Assembly: GCF_000008645.1 (NCBI RefSeq)
Contig: NC_000916.1
Coordinates: 1,307,357 to 1,339,356, forward strand
Source of the DNA: Methanothermobacter thermautotrophicus str. Delta H
GTDB taxonomy: Archaea; Methanobacteriota; Methanobacteria; Methanobacteriales; Methanothermobacteraceae
DNA length: 32,000 nt
Reading direction: 5' to 3'
Shown: positions 1 to 11,438 of the stretch, one piece after another
How the letters are laid out: each line of letters opens with the position of its first letter
Position numbering within the stretch: position 1 is the first letter of the stretch
Notes under the pieces: model-generated
The model's database searches: none
What the model saw: the letters and a program-made list of their open reading frames with translations, nothing else
What the model was told of the DNA's origin: nothing
Program-made: the position numbers and the translations under genes

Positions 1-527
1 AGGCCCTGGCCGATATGCAGACCATCAGGGAGAAGCTGGGGGGATTCGATGGAAGGCTGGTTTTTGTGGGTGATGGTAACAATGTCTGCCACTCTCTCCT
101 CCTCATAACAGCCACCCTGGGGATGGACATGGATGTTGCCTGCCCCCCCGGCTATGAACCTGACCCCGGCATCAGGGAGATGGCAGGGAAAATAGCAGAT
201 GAGACAGGTTCACGGATAAGGGTAATTCATGATCCCTCCGAGGCTGTCAGGGGGGCCGACGTGGTTTACACCGATGTCTGGGTGAGCATGGGATATGAAG
301 ACGAGGCTGAGGACCGTTTAGAGGTCTTCAGACCATACCAGGTGAATATGGAGCTCATGGAACTTGCAGCTCCCGAAGCCATATTCATGCACTGCCTGCC
401 GGCTGTGAGGGGCCAGGAGACAACAGCCGAGGTTATTGACGGTCCCCATTCGGTTGTCTGGGATCAGGCAGAAAACAGGCTCCATGCCCAGAAGGCCATA
501 ATGCACTGGCTCATGGGGGATATATGA
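1..527 (+). CDS. argF: Ornithine carbamoyltransferase, C-terminal part (5' end outside window)
   Basis: Reading frame open from the window edge to TGA at 525-527. Carries [25 protein letters not shown] and [13 protein letters not shown] motifs typical of OTCase. Confidence 0.9.
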   Translation, partial: ALADMQTIREKLGGFDGRLVFVGDGNNVCHSLLLITATLGMDMDVACPPGYEPDPGIREMAGKIADETGSRIRVIHDPSEAVRGADVVYTDVWVSMGYEDEAEDRLEVFRPYQVNMELMELAAPEAIFMHCLPAVRGQETTAEVIDGPHSVVWDQAENRLHAQKAIMHWLMGDI

Positions 528-770
528 GTTCCACTCAGCAGGTTTATGGGCTTAAAGCTCATTAAAACCTTATCATATTCATTCAGGACACCAGAATCGT
601 GACGCAGGGTGTATGGCAGGATCATATTCTTACCCCAGAATGCCACTGATGCATGTTTAAAGAAATTTTTCATCCGTCAATTAATTAATAGAAAAACCTT
701 AATGATCGTGATCCAGTCCAAAGACTCCAGGCCACTCAAAAAAAATTTTAATGAAGGATCCGAAGTGATC

Positions 771-2453
771 CTACATGGTCTCCGGGGCATGAATTCCCAG
801 GAGATTGAGGGCGTTTCTGAGGGTTTTTCTAACAGAATCAACAAGTCTAAGGCGTGCACCCTCAAAATCAGATCCTATAACAGGCGTGGACCTGTAGAAA
901 CTGTTGAAGGTATTTGCAAGGTCCTGGGCATACTGTGCCACAGGGTGAACCCTCCTTGCAAGTGCAGATTCTTCAACCACCACAGGGAAACGTGCAAGAA
1001 GACGGACAAGTTCTCTCTCATCACCTTCGGGCTTCCATCCATCTTCAATATCCTCCTCACCAGTGAATGACGCCTTCTCAAGGAGTTTACATGCCCTTGC
1101 ATGGGCGTACTGGATGGATGCACAGCCACGCTCAAAGCTGAGGGCATCATCCCACCGGAATACGATGTGCTTCTCGGGTGAGAGCCTTGCTATGTAGTAC
1201 CTTATGGCACCGTTGCCGATGGACTCTGCAATATCATCTGCAACATCATCGGGAAGATCCCGCCGCTTTTTAACCTCATGAAGGGCCCTGCTGTGGGCTT
1301 CATCCATAAGCTCATCCACGGATATGAACACACCCCTCCTGGTGGACATTGAACCCTCAGGGAGTGTTATGAACTCATAGAATATGACCTCGGGTCTTTT
1401 ACCTCCCAGGAGTTCCACTGCAATCCCCACCTGCTCGGCTGCAAGTTTATGGTCCGATCCAAGGACATCGATGATAACATCCCCCTCCTCTGACTTCTGG
1501 AGGTGGTAGGCTATGTCCCTGGTTGAGTAGAGGGAGGTTCCATCTGACCGTGTGAGCACCAGTTCCTTCTCAAGGCCGAATTCCTCAAGGTCGAGGTATA
1601 GGACGTCGTTCTCGCCGGTGTAACCGGTTTTTCTGAGGGATTCTATCACCCTGTCAACGGTACCATCCCTTACGAACTGGCCCTCCCATACGAAGCGGTC
1701 GTGGTGAACGTGGAGCCTTTTCATGGTCTCCTCCATCCCGCTGAGGCAGTACTCAACAACCTTCCTGAATAGCTCCTCGTTCTCCCCTGCCTCATACTTC
1801 CTTATTAGTTCATCCACCTCGTCCCTGATCCCTGGATTTTCCTTTAGCCTCTGGTTGACCTCGAAGTAGAGTTTACCTACCCTGTGGTCCATCTTATCCC
1901 CGGGGTAGTCCTCAAGGTCTCCATCAAGGTTCAGCAGGCCCCAGACTATCATGGCGATCTGTCTACCCATGTCATTAACATAGTACTGGGTTTCGACGTC
2001 GTAGCCAGCCATCCTCAGTATCCTTGCAAGGGAATCCCCTATGATGGCGTTCCTTATATGGCCTATGTGAAGGGGACCGTTGGGGTTGGCCGAGGTGTGT
2101 TCCAGGATCACCCTCTCATCCCTGGGGGGATGTGAACCGTAGTCATCCTGGATGGACTCCAGTAGTCTGCTGGAGAATCTGCCGTAATCGACGAAAAAGT
2201 TGATGTAGGGCCCCTTGGATTCAATGGTCTCAAATATTTCAGGGGTTTCTATCACAGACATTATATCCGCCGTTATTTCAATGGGGGCCCTTCTGAGTTT
2301 ACCTGCAAGTTCGAAGGATACTGTGGATGCAAGGTCCCCGAGCTGGGGGTTTGGTGGTTCCTCCAGTTTTATTTCAGGGGGTACCTTTATACCGAGCTTT
2401 TCAAGTGCCGCTGTTATTGAATCCCTAGCCTCTTTTTCAATGTACCTGAACAT
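771..2453 (-). CDS. argS: Arginyl-tRNA synthetase
   Basis: 560-aa ORF with a class-I HIGH motif ([13 protein letters not shown]) and a C-terminal anticodon-binding region. Appears full length. Confidence 0.95.
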   Translation of the reverse strand: MFRYIEKEARDSITAALEKLGIKVPPEIKLEEPPNPQLGDLASTVSFELAGKLRRAPIEITADIMSVIETPEIFETIESKGPYINFFVDYGRFSSRLLESIQDDYGSHPPRDERVILEHTSANPNGPLHIGHIRNAIIGDSLARILRMAGYDVETQYYVNDMGRQIAMIVWGLLNLDGDLEDYPGDKMDHRVGKLYFEVNQRLKENPGIRDEVDELIRKYEAGENEELFRKVVEYCLSGMEETMKRLHVHHDRFVWEGQFVRDGTVDRVIESLRKTGYTGENDVLYLDLEEFGLEKELVLTRSDGTSLYSTRDIAYHLQKSEEGDVIIDVLGSDHKLAAEQVGIAVELLGGKRPEVIFYEFITLPEGSMSTRRGVFISVDELMDEAHSRALHEVKKRRDLPDDVADDIAESIGNGAIRYYIARLSPEKHIVFRWDDALSFERGCASIQYAHARACKLLEKASFTGEEDIEDGWKPEGDERELVRLLARFPVVVEESALARRVHPVAQYAQDLANTFNSFYRSTPVIGSDFEGARLRLVDSVRKTLRNALNLLGIHAPETM

Positions 2454-2470
2454 CTCTTCACCTGCCTTAT

Positions 2471-2905
2471 TCAGAGTCCCTTAAGCCAGAGTGTTATGTA
2501 TCCAACCCTAGGTATCATGAGGGGCTGTGAACCCACCGTCAGCACCCTCGCCTCAACCTGTGATGGATAGACAGGGGCCGGGTCCGGGTCCTGGTTGTTA
2601 TCACCCTTTGTGATGTAATATCTGGCCCCGTTTCTGTCAGTCTCAACGCCTATGACCCGGTGTATCACGGGTTCAGGGAACCAGGTGGCGTCATAGATGA
2701 TTATGTCACCCTTTCTGATGCTTTCAGGGTCCATCTCCTGGACCCCGAAGAAGCTGGTCTTCTCGATTATGACGATGTCTCCACGGTAGAAGACGGGTTC
2801 CATGCTCCCTGATACAACCACGTTCATGTGCTGGGAGGCAACCACTGCCAGCACAAGTAGAAGTAGGTACGCGGCTGCCTCAATTACTTCGCGTCTGTCG
2901 TTCAT
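2471..2905 (-). CDS. Signal peptidase I, archaeal/eukaryal (Sec11/S26B) type
   Basis: 144 aa with an N-terminal TM helix ([14 protein letters not shown]), a serine box SGSMEP, a histidine box VIHRV and a GDNN box. Confidence 0.8.
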   Translation of the reverse strand: MNDRREVIEAAAYLLLLVLAVVASQHMNVVVSGSMEPVFYRGDIVIIEKTSFFGVQEMDPESIRKGDIIIYDATWFPEPVIHRVIGVETDRNGARYYITKGDNNQDPDPAPVYPSQVEARVLTVGSQPLMIPRVGYITLWLKGL

Positions 2906-2913
2906 ATGGACAC

Positions 2914-4563
2914 CTATCTGAGTACTGCACCTGTATCTGCGGATCCTGCCAGTTTACGGTAACGTGCAAGCCATCCCTTAACACTGCGGCGGGGTTTAAC
3001 TGCACTCTGGAGTCTCTCCTCAATTTCCCGGGGACTAAGGTCAACCTCAAGTTTTCTTGAGGGTATATCTATTCTGATGATGTCCCCATCATTCACCGCG
3101 GCAAGGGGACCGTCCTCCATGGCTTCAGGCGATACATGGCCAACGCAGGGTCCCCTTGTACCACCTGAGAACCTTCCATCGGTTATAAGGGCGACCCTTT
3201 CAAGGCCCATGCCTGCAATCGCAGATGTCGGGTTGAGCATCTCCCTCATGCCGGGTCCTCCCTTGGGCCCCTCGTAGCGTATGACGATCACATCACCCTC
3301 ATCTATCCTGCCACCGAATATGGCCTCCATGCATTCATCTTCACTGTTAAAGACCTTCGCAGGACCCTCATGAACCATCATGTCCTCTGCAACGGCTCCC
3401 TGTTTCACGACCGATCCCCGGGGCGCCAGGTTACCCCTGAGTATTGCAAGACCGCCCTCACTGTGGACTGGACTGTCAAGGGGCCTTATGACGTCCCTGT
3501 GTCCTACCTTCACATTCTCAATGTTCTCCTGGACTGTTCTGCCTGTGCATGTTACACATTCCCTGTTTATATGGTCCTCCAGGGTTTTTAAGACGGCGGG
3601 TATCCCGCCTGCCCGGTCAAGGTCCAGCATCATGTGTTCACCTGCCGGGGAGATTGATGCTATGTGGGGTATTACCCTGCTCAGCTCATCAAAGAGGTCC
3701 AGGTTGATGTTGAGTCCATCGATTTCAGCTGCGATGGCCGGGATGTGGAGTGTGGTGTTTGTTGAACCCCCCAGGGCGAGGTCAACCATAACCGCATTCT
3801 CAAAGGCCTCCTGGCTCATTATCATGGTTGGCTTCAGATTTTCCTGCACCATTTCAACTATCCTCTTACCTGAGAGCCTTGCAATCTGCCTCTTACGTGA
3901 GCTTACGGCGTGGGCGGTTGCACAGCCAGGGAGGCTCATGCCCAGGGCCTCCGTCAGGCATGCCATGGTGTTGGCTGTGAATAGACCCGCACAGGATCTT
4001 GGCCCCGGGCAGGCGCATCTTTCGAGTTCTTCCAGTTCATCCTCTGACATCTCACCTGCGCTGACTGTTCCAACACCCTCATAAACGTTTATGAGGTCCA
4101 CCTTTCTTCCCTTAAATTCTCCAGGGAGCATTGGCCCGCCGGTCACGACTATGGCCGGTATGTCAAGTCTGGCCGCTGCCATGAGCATCCCCGGGACTAT
4201 CTTGTCACAGGTTGGAAGCAGCACCAGCCCGTCAAGGGCATGGGCCATCGCCATGCTCTCCACGGTGTCTGCAACTATCTCCCTTGATGCCAGGGAGTAC
4301 TTCATCCCGTCGTGGTTCATGGCTATTCCATCACATATCGCCATGGTGTTGAATTCAAATGCGACACCCCCCGCAGCATTCACACCCTCCTTAACAGCCT
4401 CTGCAAGTTCCCTCAGGTGGATGTGGCCGGGAACTATGTCAGTGTAACTGTTGGCTATACCTATGAATGGTTTCTCGAAGTCATCATCTGTCAGGCCGCA
4501 GGCCCTCAGGAGGGATCGGTGGGGCGCCCTCTGGATTCCCCTCTTTATTGTATCACTCTTCAT
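2914..4563 (-). CDS. ilvD: Dihydroxy-acid dehydratase
   Basis: 549 aa with IlvD/Edd signatures [19 protein letters not shown] and [11 protein letters not shown]. Appears full length. Confidence 0.95.
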   Translation of the reverse strand: MKSDTIKRGIQRAPHRSLLRACGLTDDDFEKPFIGIANSYTDIVPGHIHLRELAEAVKEGVNAAGGVAFEFNTMAICDGIAMNHDGMKYSLASREIVADTVESMAMAHALDGLVLLPTCDKIVPGMLMAAARLDIPAIVVTGGPMLPGEFKGRKVDLINVYEGVGTVSAGEMSEDELEELERCACPGPRSCAGLFTANTMACLTEALGMSLPGCATAHAVSSRKRQIARLSGKRIVEMVQENLKPTMIMSQEAFENAVMVDLALGGSTNTTLHIPAIAAEIDGLNINLDLFDELSRVIPHIASISPAGEHMMLDLDRAGGIPAVLKTLEDHINRECVTCTGRTVQENIENVKVGHRDVIRPLDSPVHSEGGLAILRGNLAPRGSVVKQGAVAEDMMVHEGPAKVFNSEDECMEAIFGGRIDEGDVIVIRYEGPKGGPGMREMLNPTSAIAGMGLERVALITDGRFSGGTRGPCVGHVSPEAMEDGPLAAVNDGDIIRIDIPSRKLEVDLSPREIEERLQSAVKPRRSVKGWLARYRKLAGSADTGAVLR

Positions 4564-4647
4564 GGAATCACCATTATTATCATCAACCCGATTATTATTA
4601 AATATTGGGGGATAATTAATATTAAAGTTACTGCCATATATTATAAC

Positions 4648-5877
4648 ATGGACTTCCCGGTAATTAAGTTTTTGATAGCTCTTGCAATAGGTGCGCTGGT
4701 GGGTATTGAGAGGGAGCGGCGGATCAAGAGGACAGAATTTGCAGGTATAAGGACCTTCATGCTCATATCACTTGTAGGGGCACTGTCAGCCTATCTTTCA
4801 GGAAAGTTTTTTCTGGCGTTCCCTGTGGCATTCCTTGGGATCATCCTCCTCATAGTCGTAAGTTACACAGCAAGCACCAGGGAGGGCGGTGATATCGGGG
4901 TAACCGGGGAGGTGGCTGCCCTTGTCACATTTCTCCTGGGGGCAATGTGTGTTGCATATGACTACCGGCTGGCGGTGATGCTCTCAATCATAGTAACGGC
5001 CATTCTGGCCCTGAAGAGGTACATACACGTTGCAGTGAGGAGGATAAGTGAGAGGGAGATGATAGACACCATAAAGTTCCTGATAATAGCCTTCGTAATC
5101 CTCCCCCTCCTTCCTGACACCGCAACTGGCCCCTAGGGTGTCTTCAATCCCTACCAGGTCTGGCTCATGGTGGTTTTCATATCTGCAATAAGTTATGCTG
5201 GATACATAGCCATGAAAATAGCCGGACCCGAAAGGGGCCTTGGGGCTACAGGGATCATAGGGGGCCTGGTTTCAAGTACTGCAGTTGTAACTGCAATGGC
5301 AGGGAGGGTGAGGGATTCGGAGGACCTTATGGGACCAGCGGTATTCGCGGCGGTCATTTCAAGTTCCATGATGTTCTTCAGGATACTGCTGGAGGTCTCA
5401 GTTGTTAACTCCTCACTTGTGGGTTATGTGGCCCCTCCCATGCTTGCAATGGGTGTTCTGGGTGTTATGCTTGCAGCCATGTTCATGAGGTCATCATCAG
5501 GGATCGATTCAGACATCAAGATTGAAAATCCCTTCTCTGTCAAACCAGCCCTAATATTCGGGGCCCTATTCCTTGCAATACTCTTCATATCAAAGGCTGC
5601 CAGCGTCTATCTTGGCCGTGGTGGTGTACTTGTGGCCAGTGTGATCTCAGGTGTTGCTGATGTTGATGCAATAACTGTGAGCATGTCAATCCTTGCAGCA
5701 GGGGGCTCCATCTCACAATCAACTGCTGCAGCCGCCATAACACTGGCGGGGGTCTCAAACACCCTGATAAAGGGGGGAATAGCCCTTGTTCTTGGAACAA
5801 AAAAATTCGGGAAAAGGGTGGGGACCCTTTTCGTTGCAATCATAACAGCCGGGTTGCTGGCTGTTCTCTTAACATAG
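4648..5877 (+). pseudogene. MgtC/SapB N-domain + DUF4010-type polytopic membrane protein, interrupted by in-frame TAG at 5134-5136
   Basis: The ATG at 4648 gives [25 protein letters not shown], an MgtC-like start. ORFs 4648-5136 and 5167-5877 share one frame and read ...LPDTATGP-TAG-GVFNPYQVWLMVVF... The DUF4010-like motif SGVADVDAITVSM lies in the second half. The 4312-4647 part of the track ORF overlaps ilvD and is spurious. Confidence 0.75.
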
Positions 5878-5914
5878 ATCAGGAGACTGGTTGTTGCTGT
5901 TTTATTGACCTGGA

Positions 5915-6214
5915 TCAGGACCTTATCATGGTGAGGAGCATCTTGAAGGGTTTCACCGCCATCACGGCGTGGGGCTTTTCTGCAGGCATGATTATCATCT
6001 CACCTGCAACCAGGCGGTGCTTCTCTCCGCTTATGGTGACTTCGGCCTCACCATCAATGACCTGTACCATGGCATCGAAGGGGGCGGTGTGTTCACTGAG
6101 GCCCTGACCCCTGTCAAAGGCAAAGAGGGTAACTGTACCTGTCTCTTTGCGGATTATCTCCCTGCTGACCACCGAGTCGTCCTGGTAATCGATGAGGTTG
6201 CTGATCTTCATCAC
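5915..6214 (-). CDS. Small cupin-fold protein
   Basis: 99 aa with a single cupin barrel pattern (GLSEHTAPFDAMVQVIDGEAEVTI...GEMIIMPAEKPHAV). Lies directly downstream of hcp on the same strand. Confidence 0.65.
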   Translation of the reverse strand: MMKISNLIDYQDDSVVSREIIRKETGTVTLFAFDRGQGLSEHTAPFDAMVQVIDGEAEVTISGEKHRLVAGEMIIMPAEKPHAVMAVKPFKMLLTMIRS

Positions 6215-6237
6215 CTTTCCTGTGAGATCCAGTTAAA

Positions 6238-7719
6238 TCACCCCAGTATCTTCCTGATATCCTCTTCAGGGTCACCTATTGGTGTGAGGTCATAGTTATC
6301 AACCAGGAACTTCACTATGTCCTCGTTGGCCCAGCCAGGCAGGATTGGACCGATGTACATGCCCTTGAGGTCCAGTGATAGGAGGCTCCAGAGTATGGCG
6401 GCTGCCTTCTGTTCCATCCAGCTGAGGATTATGCTGAGTGGCAGCTCATTTATATCCATCTGGAAGAGGTTGCTGAGGGCCTCAACGAGTTCAACTGCCA
6501 CTATGGCATCGTTGCACTGCCCGAGGTCTATGAGCCTGGGAACCCCCTCGATGTCACCCAGGTCCATGGAGTTGAACCGGTACTTTCCACAGGCCAGTGT
6601 AAGGACAACGGTGTCCTCTGGCAGTTTTCTCACGAATTCGGTGTAGTATTTTGCCCTGGGGAGGGGGGAGTCACAGCCACCCACAAGGAAGAATCTCCTT
6701 ATCTTACCATCCTCAACCAGCTCCCTGATCTTATCTGCCAGTGAAAGTATGGTTGATAACCCGAATCCTGTTGTGAGGGTCGTGGCATCCTCTTCACTGA
6801 GTGGGGGTAGTTCAAGGGCCTTATCTATGAGGGGACTGAAGTCATAGCCCTCCAGGTGTTCAACTCCGGGCAGGGCTGCAACACCACAGGTGAACATGCG
6901 ATCCCTGTAATCATCGCGGGGAAGCAGGACACAGTTAGATGTTCCAAGTATGGCAGCAGTGTAGCGTGAGAAGGTGTCCTTCTGGTCGAACCATGGGCCT
7001 CCGAGCTGGCCGGCAAGATGGGGGTACTTCCTGAGTCCAGGGTAGCCATGGGCTGGCAGGAGCTCTGAATGGGTGTAGACGTTTATGCCGGTACCCTCGG
7101 TCTGCTTCAGAAGCTCCTCGAGGGCCCTGAGGCTGTGGCCGGTTGCGATTATGGCGGGACCTTCAAGGGCCCCCACCCTAACCTCGGTGGGCTCGGGTTC
7201 CCCGTAGGTGTCAATGTGGGCCTTCTTCAGGAGCTTCATGGTCCTGATGTTCATCTCACCTGCTTCAAGGGCAAGGTCTATGAATTCCCCGGCATCGAAG
7301 TTAACGTTTGTGAGGGTTGAATAGAATCCCCTCTCAAGGAAGGCGTCCACCTCCTCATCAGTGTATCCGAGTTCCCTGGCATGGTAGAGATAGGCTGAAA
7401 TTCCCTTTATTGCGAATAGAAGGTTGTCCTGGAGTCTGGCAACTGTTGGTTCCTTTCCACAGACTCCCCTGATTGTGCAGGCCCTTCCACGGACGGTCTG
7501 GGAGCACTGATAACAGAACATGTCTATATCCTCGGGTCGCACCCGTTTTATTTCACCCCGGAGGGGTTCAAACTGGTCCTTGCCCACGTTGCACACAGGG
7601 CAGAGCCAGTCATCCGGAAGTTCCTCAAAGGGTGTCCCGGGTTCTATACCTGAGCGGGGGTCACCCACCTCCGGATCATATATGTAGTCACATACCTTGC
7701 AGCGGTACTTCATTTTCAA
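6238..7719 (-). CDS. hcp: Rubredoxin-domain / hybrid-cluster protein (prismane) fusion
   Basis: Residues 1-55 form a complete rubredoxin ([15 protein letters not shown]...PDDWLCPVC). This is followed by the Hcp N-terminal Cys cluster [23 protein letters not shown] and a short (class III-like) Hcp body. Confidence 0.9.
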   Translation of the reverse strand: MKMKYRCKVCDYIYDPEVGDPRSGIEPGTPFEELPDDWLCPVCNVGKDQFEPLRGEIKRVRPEDIDMFCYQCSQTVRGRACTIRGVCGKEPTVARLQDNLLFAIKGISAYLYHARELGYTDEEVDAFLERGFYSTLTNVNFDAGEFIDLALEAGEMNIRTMKLLKKAHIDTYGEPEPTEVRVGALEGPAIIATGHSLRALEELLKQTEGTGINVYTHSELLPAHGYPGLRKYPHLAGQLGGPWFDQKDTFSRYTAAILGTSNCVLLPRDDYRDRMFTCGVAALPGVEHLEGYDFSPLIDKALELPPLSEEDATTLTTGFGLSTILSLADKIRELVEDGKIRRFFLVGGCDSPLPRAKYYTEFVRKLPEDTVVLTLACGKYRFNSMDLGDIEGVPRLIDLGQCNDAIVAVELVEALSNLFQMDINELPLSIILSWMEQKAAAILWSLLSLDLKGMYIGPILPGWANEDIVKFLVDNYDLTPIGDPEEDIRKILG

Positions 7720-7742
7720 TCACCATATTAAAAACTGGCAGT

Positions 7743-7758
7743 AAATTATATATAATTT
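7743..7758. promoter_or_regulatory. Perfect 16-bp AT palindrome (AAATTATATATAATTT) in the hcp / trmB-like divergent promoter region; candidate shared TATA element
   Basis: The palindrome was read directly. It lies 24-39 nt upstream of the hcp ATG (7719, minus strand) and 77 nt upstream of the ATG at 7835. Confidence 0.35.
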
Positions 7759-7834
7759 TTGTCACTATTTCAGTATAAAATGTAACAGATAGATGGGGAG
7801 GGGACTCCAGGGATATAACGAGTGAGGTGTGTTT

Positions 7835-8572
7835 ATGGATAGAGGTGTTAATGAAGCCCTGAAGATCATGGGTCTGACAGATTATCAGGCCTCAGCCTAC
7901 ACTGCAATGGTCACGCTGGTATCTGCCAGGGCAGTGGAGGTTGCCGAGGTCTCGGGCATTCCAAGATCAAGGGTCTATGAGGTCCTGAGGCAGCTCTCAG
8001 ACAGGGGCTTCGTGGAGGTTGAGAGGGGTAAACCCATGAGGTACCATGTGGTGCCACCCTCAGAGGTGTTCAGGAGGGAGAAGGGTAGGATCATCAAAAA
8101 ACTTGATGAGGCCATGTCCAGGCTTACCGAAATCTATGAGGACAGGGTTGCCAGGGTACCGACACCTGTATGGCTCATCCATGGACAGGAGAAGATTGTG
8201 AAGAAGGAACTGGAGATAATATCCCGTTCAAGGAAGGAACTCAAGATGAGGATGGGCTTCATATTCAGGGATGAAATAAAGGCACTCCGCCCGGCCCTTG
8301 ATAGAATAACCGATCGTGGAGTTGAGGTGAGGATCATGGCCAGGGATGTAATTGATGTACCCGGTGAGGTTGAGGTGAGGAGAATACCCCCTGTCAGGAT
8401 GCTTGTCCGGGATTCACAGGAGATGATGTGGATATTCTCACGCTTCACACCCGATGGTGCACCCATCCCTGAAACCGCCATCGGGATATGGAACCAGTAC
8501 CCTGAGATCGCAGAGAACTATGCCAGGATATTCGACACGGTATGGAAGGGGGGTGCCGGGAGGTCACCTTAA
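7835..8572 (+). CDS. TrmB-family transcriptional regulator
   Basis: N-terminal winged-helix TrmB pattern (LTDYQASAYTAMV...VSGIPRSRVYEVLRQLSDRGFVEVERGKP). GAGGTG lies 5 nt upstream of ATG 7835, which I prefer over the track's GTG start at 7829. Confidence 0.8.
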   Translation: MDRGVNEALKIMGLTDYQASAYTAMVTLVSARAVEVAEVSGIPRSRVYEVLRQLSDRGFVEVERGKPMRYHVVPPSEVFRREKGRIIKKLDEAMSRLTEIYEDRVARVPTPVWLIHGQEKIVKKELEIISRSRKELKMRMGFIFRDEIKALRPALDRITDRGVEVRIMARDVIDVPGEVEVRRIPPVRMLVRDSQEMMWIFSRFTPDGAPIPETAIGIWNQYPEIAENYARIFDTVWKGGAGRSP

Positions 8573-8764
8573 GATCCTTTCAATCGCAGAGACAGGACAT
8601 TTCCATTTCAATCAGCACAGAATGTACCTCATTGAAGAGGTTCAGGAGATCCCTTAAGGGTCATCATCTGAACATTACTAGGGGTTTAAAGATCCACCGG
8701 AGCAATATTTAAAAACCCTCACCTTAAAAACAATAACATTAGTTATTCTTACCAAGGTGATGGC

Positions 8765-10582
8765 ATGAGGATACTGTTAATTCACTCTGATTACTTGAAA
8801 TACGAGACAAAGAATAAAACAGGGATAGCAGAGGAAATCCCTGAAGATAAGATGCAGGGAGATTTCAGGGAGTCCCTGGTGGTTTTCACAGCAGTGGAGG
8901 CTGAAGATGAGGATAACCCTGAATCAGTAATTGAAAACGCGGTTAATGAAATAATAAAGGTTTTCAATGACGTTAAGGCAGAGAACGTCGTGATATACCC
9001 TTACGCACACCTCAGCTCCTCGCTCAGCTCCCCCAAAACAGCGGTGGAGGTCCTTGAGGGAATGGAATCAGCCCTCCGCAGCGAGGGTGTTGATGTCTCA
9101 AGGGTTCCTTTCGGGTGGTATAAGGCCTTCAAGATATCCTGCAAGGGTCACCCACTATCAGAGCTATCAAGGAGCATAAGGCCACAGCCCCCAAAGGTGG
9201 AGGAGGAGAGCGAGGAATCCGAGTGGTTCATACTCCACAGGGGAGAGACGGTTAAACCCGGAGACTTCGAGTTCAAAAACAGGGATCTTGAGAACCTGGT
9301 GAAATATGAGCTTGGCGAACTTGAATCCTCTGGTGAAGAACCACCACACGTTAGACTCATGAGGGAGAAGGGACTTGCAGACTATGAGCCATCAGCAGAC
9401 GTTGGACACCTCCGGTGGTACCCCAGGGGAAGGCTGATAAGGGACCTTCTTGCAGACTACGTCTACATGCTTGTCACCAGTGAGGGGGCAATGCCAGTTG
9501 AGACACCCATAATGTATGACCTCGAGGACGAGGCAATCAGGGTACATGCAGAGAAGTTCGGTGAAAGACAGTACAGGATGAAGAACAGGAAGGAACTCAT
9601 GCTGAGATACGCCTGCTGTTTCGGAGCCTTCAGGATCCTTTCAGACTCCTTCCTGACGTGGAAGAACCTGCCTGCATCCATATATGAACTCTCGACCTAC
9701 AGCTTCCGGCTTGAAAAGAAGGGCGAGGTGGTTGGTCTTAAGAGGCTCAGGGGCTTTACAATGCCGGATCTCCACACGGTATGTGCTGACCTTGATCAGT
9801 CCCTTGAGGAATTCGCCAGGCAGGTCGAGATGTGCATGAGGACCGGCCAGGACCTCCAGGTGAACTATGAGGTCATATTCAGGGCCACGGCTGACTTCTA
9901 TGAGGAGTACAGGGAATGGGTACATGAAGTAGCGGATAAAATCGGAAAACCAGTGCTCCTGGAGATACTCCCCTCAAGGAAGCACTACTGGATTGCCAAG
10001 ATGGACTTCGCAGCCATAGACTACCTTGGAAGACCGATAGAGAATCCAACAGTTCAGATTGACGTTGAAAGCGGTGAGAGGTTCGGGATAACCTATGTTA
10101 ACAGTGATGAGGAGGAGGTAAACCCAATAATCCTCCACTGCAGTCCAACAGGCAGCATTGAGAGGGTCATATGCAGCCTTCTTGAGAAGACGGCCATTGA
10201 AATGGATGAAAAACCACCTATGCTGCCCTTGTGGCTCTCACCCACCCAGGTACGTGTGCTTCCAATTGCAGAGCGCCACATGGAATATGCCAGTGACCTG
10301 GTATCAGAACTTATCGCAGCTGACGTAAGGGCTGACCTGGATGACCGATCAGAGACCCTCGGAAAGAAGATAAGGAATGCGGCCCAGGACTGGGTCCCCT
10401 ACGTTGTTGTTATAGGTGACAGTGAAATGGAGGGCAAACTCACGGTCAATGTGAGGGAAACAGGTGAAAAGCTTCAGATGGGCCTGGATGAACTCATAGA
10501 ACGTATAAGGGCTGAAACAGAGGGCATGCCCTTCAGAAGACTGCCGCTACCGGTTAAACTATCCGAGAGGATAAACTTCTAA
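8765..10582 (+). CDS. thrS: Threonyl-tRNA synthetase (archaeal type with N-terminal editing domain)
   Basis: 605 aa with an archaeal editing-domain start ([16 protein letters not shown]), a class-II catalytic core and a C-terminal anticodon-binding domain. GGTGAT lies 3 nt upstream of the ATG. Confidence 0.95.
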
Positions 10583-10585
10583 TAA

Positions 10586-10593
10586 TTTTTTTT
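10586..10593 (+). terminator. Oligo-T tract (T8) immediately after the thrS stop
   Basis: TAATAATTTTTTTTAA follows the thrS stop. Archaeal termination typically occurs at oligo-T runs. Confidence 0.45.
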
Positions 10594-10599
10594 AATCTG

Positions 10600-10649
10600 A
10601 TAACTTATAACTTATCACATATACTTTATAAGTTATAAATTATAACTTA
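10600..10649. repeat. Iterated TTATAA-N-TTATAA motif cluster upstream of the parA-like gene
   Basis: 10600-10615 reads ATAACTTATAACTTAT, a tandem of ATAACTT. 10629-10649 reads TAAGTTATAA-A-TTATAACTTA, a perfect 10+1+10 palindrome. It ends 19 nt before ATG 10668. Confidence 0.7.
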
Positions 10650-10667
10650 GATCCAGCAGGTGATGAG

Positions 10668-11437
10668 ATGGGAGAGGTAATTTCAATCATAAACCAGAAG
10701 GGTGGCTGTGGAAAGACAACAACAGCCGTTAATCTATCAGCAGCACTTTCCTCCTTGACAGGAGGGTTCTTGTAATCGACATGGACCCCCAGGGCAATGC
10801 AACCACTGGGTTCGGGATAAACAAGTCAGAACTGGAGTCAACAATATACACGGTCCTGAGCCGAAAGGCAGCACTGTCCTCTGTGATAATGCCTGCAGAG
10901 CTCCAGGACCTCTACATAGCACCCAGTAACATATCCCTCAGCGGTGCCGAGATAGAGCTCAGCAGTGAGATAGGATACCATGCCATCCTCCAGGAGTCAC
11001 TGGGGGATGTGAGGAATGACTTTGACTACATATTCATAGACGCCCCACCATCCCTGGGCATACTCACACTCAACGCCCTCGTGGCCTCTGACAGTGTCAT
11101 AATACCCATACAGGCAGAGTACTATGCCCTTGAGGGCATGGCAGACCTCCTGAAGACAATGAACCTGGTGGAAGAACGACTCCAGAGTCCCTGTCCGATA
11201 AAGGGGATACTGCTGACCCTCTACGATTCAAGGACACGACTTGCAAGGGACGTACAGAGGGAGGTTGAGAAGTTTTTCGGTGAAAGGGAGAACATCTTCA
11301 GGACAAGGATACCCAGGAACGTTCGCCTTGCAGAGGCCCCCAGCCACGGTAAGCCCTGCATAACCTATGACCCCGAAAGTACAGGTACAGAGGCCTACAT
11401 GAAACTTGCAGCTGAAATACTTGAAATGGAGGGATAG
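10668..11437 (+). pseudogene. parA: ParA/Soj/SegA-type partition ATPase with a net -1 frameshift near 10745-10757
   Basis: Frame A runs 10668-10775 and gives [27 protein letters not shown], a deviant Walker A motif. Frame B is open from 10733 and continues [19 protein letters not shown]...ILLTLYDSRTRLA...PRNVRLAEAPSHGKP. The two frames join seamlessly if one base is restored in the ctttcctcctt stretch. Confidence 0.85.
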
Positions 11438-11438
11438 G

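Noticed and set aside
3380-4084. A long 234-aa ORF lies antisense to ilvD. Similar cases are 4091-4447, 17078-17614, 28030-28731, 31001-31546, 11750-12196 and 609-1070.
   Set aside because: All lie fully inside, or mostly overlap, strongly supported genes on the other strand. Their products are low-complexity (Ser/Pro/Arg-rich) and they lack start-site signals. These are typical shadow ORFs.
4312-4647. A 112-codon N-terminal extension of the MgtC-like ORF appears in the track.
   Set aside because: It overlaps the ilvD 5' end and the AT-rich divergent promoter. The family-typical start MDFPVIKF...GIERE begins at ATG 4648.
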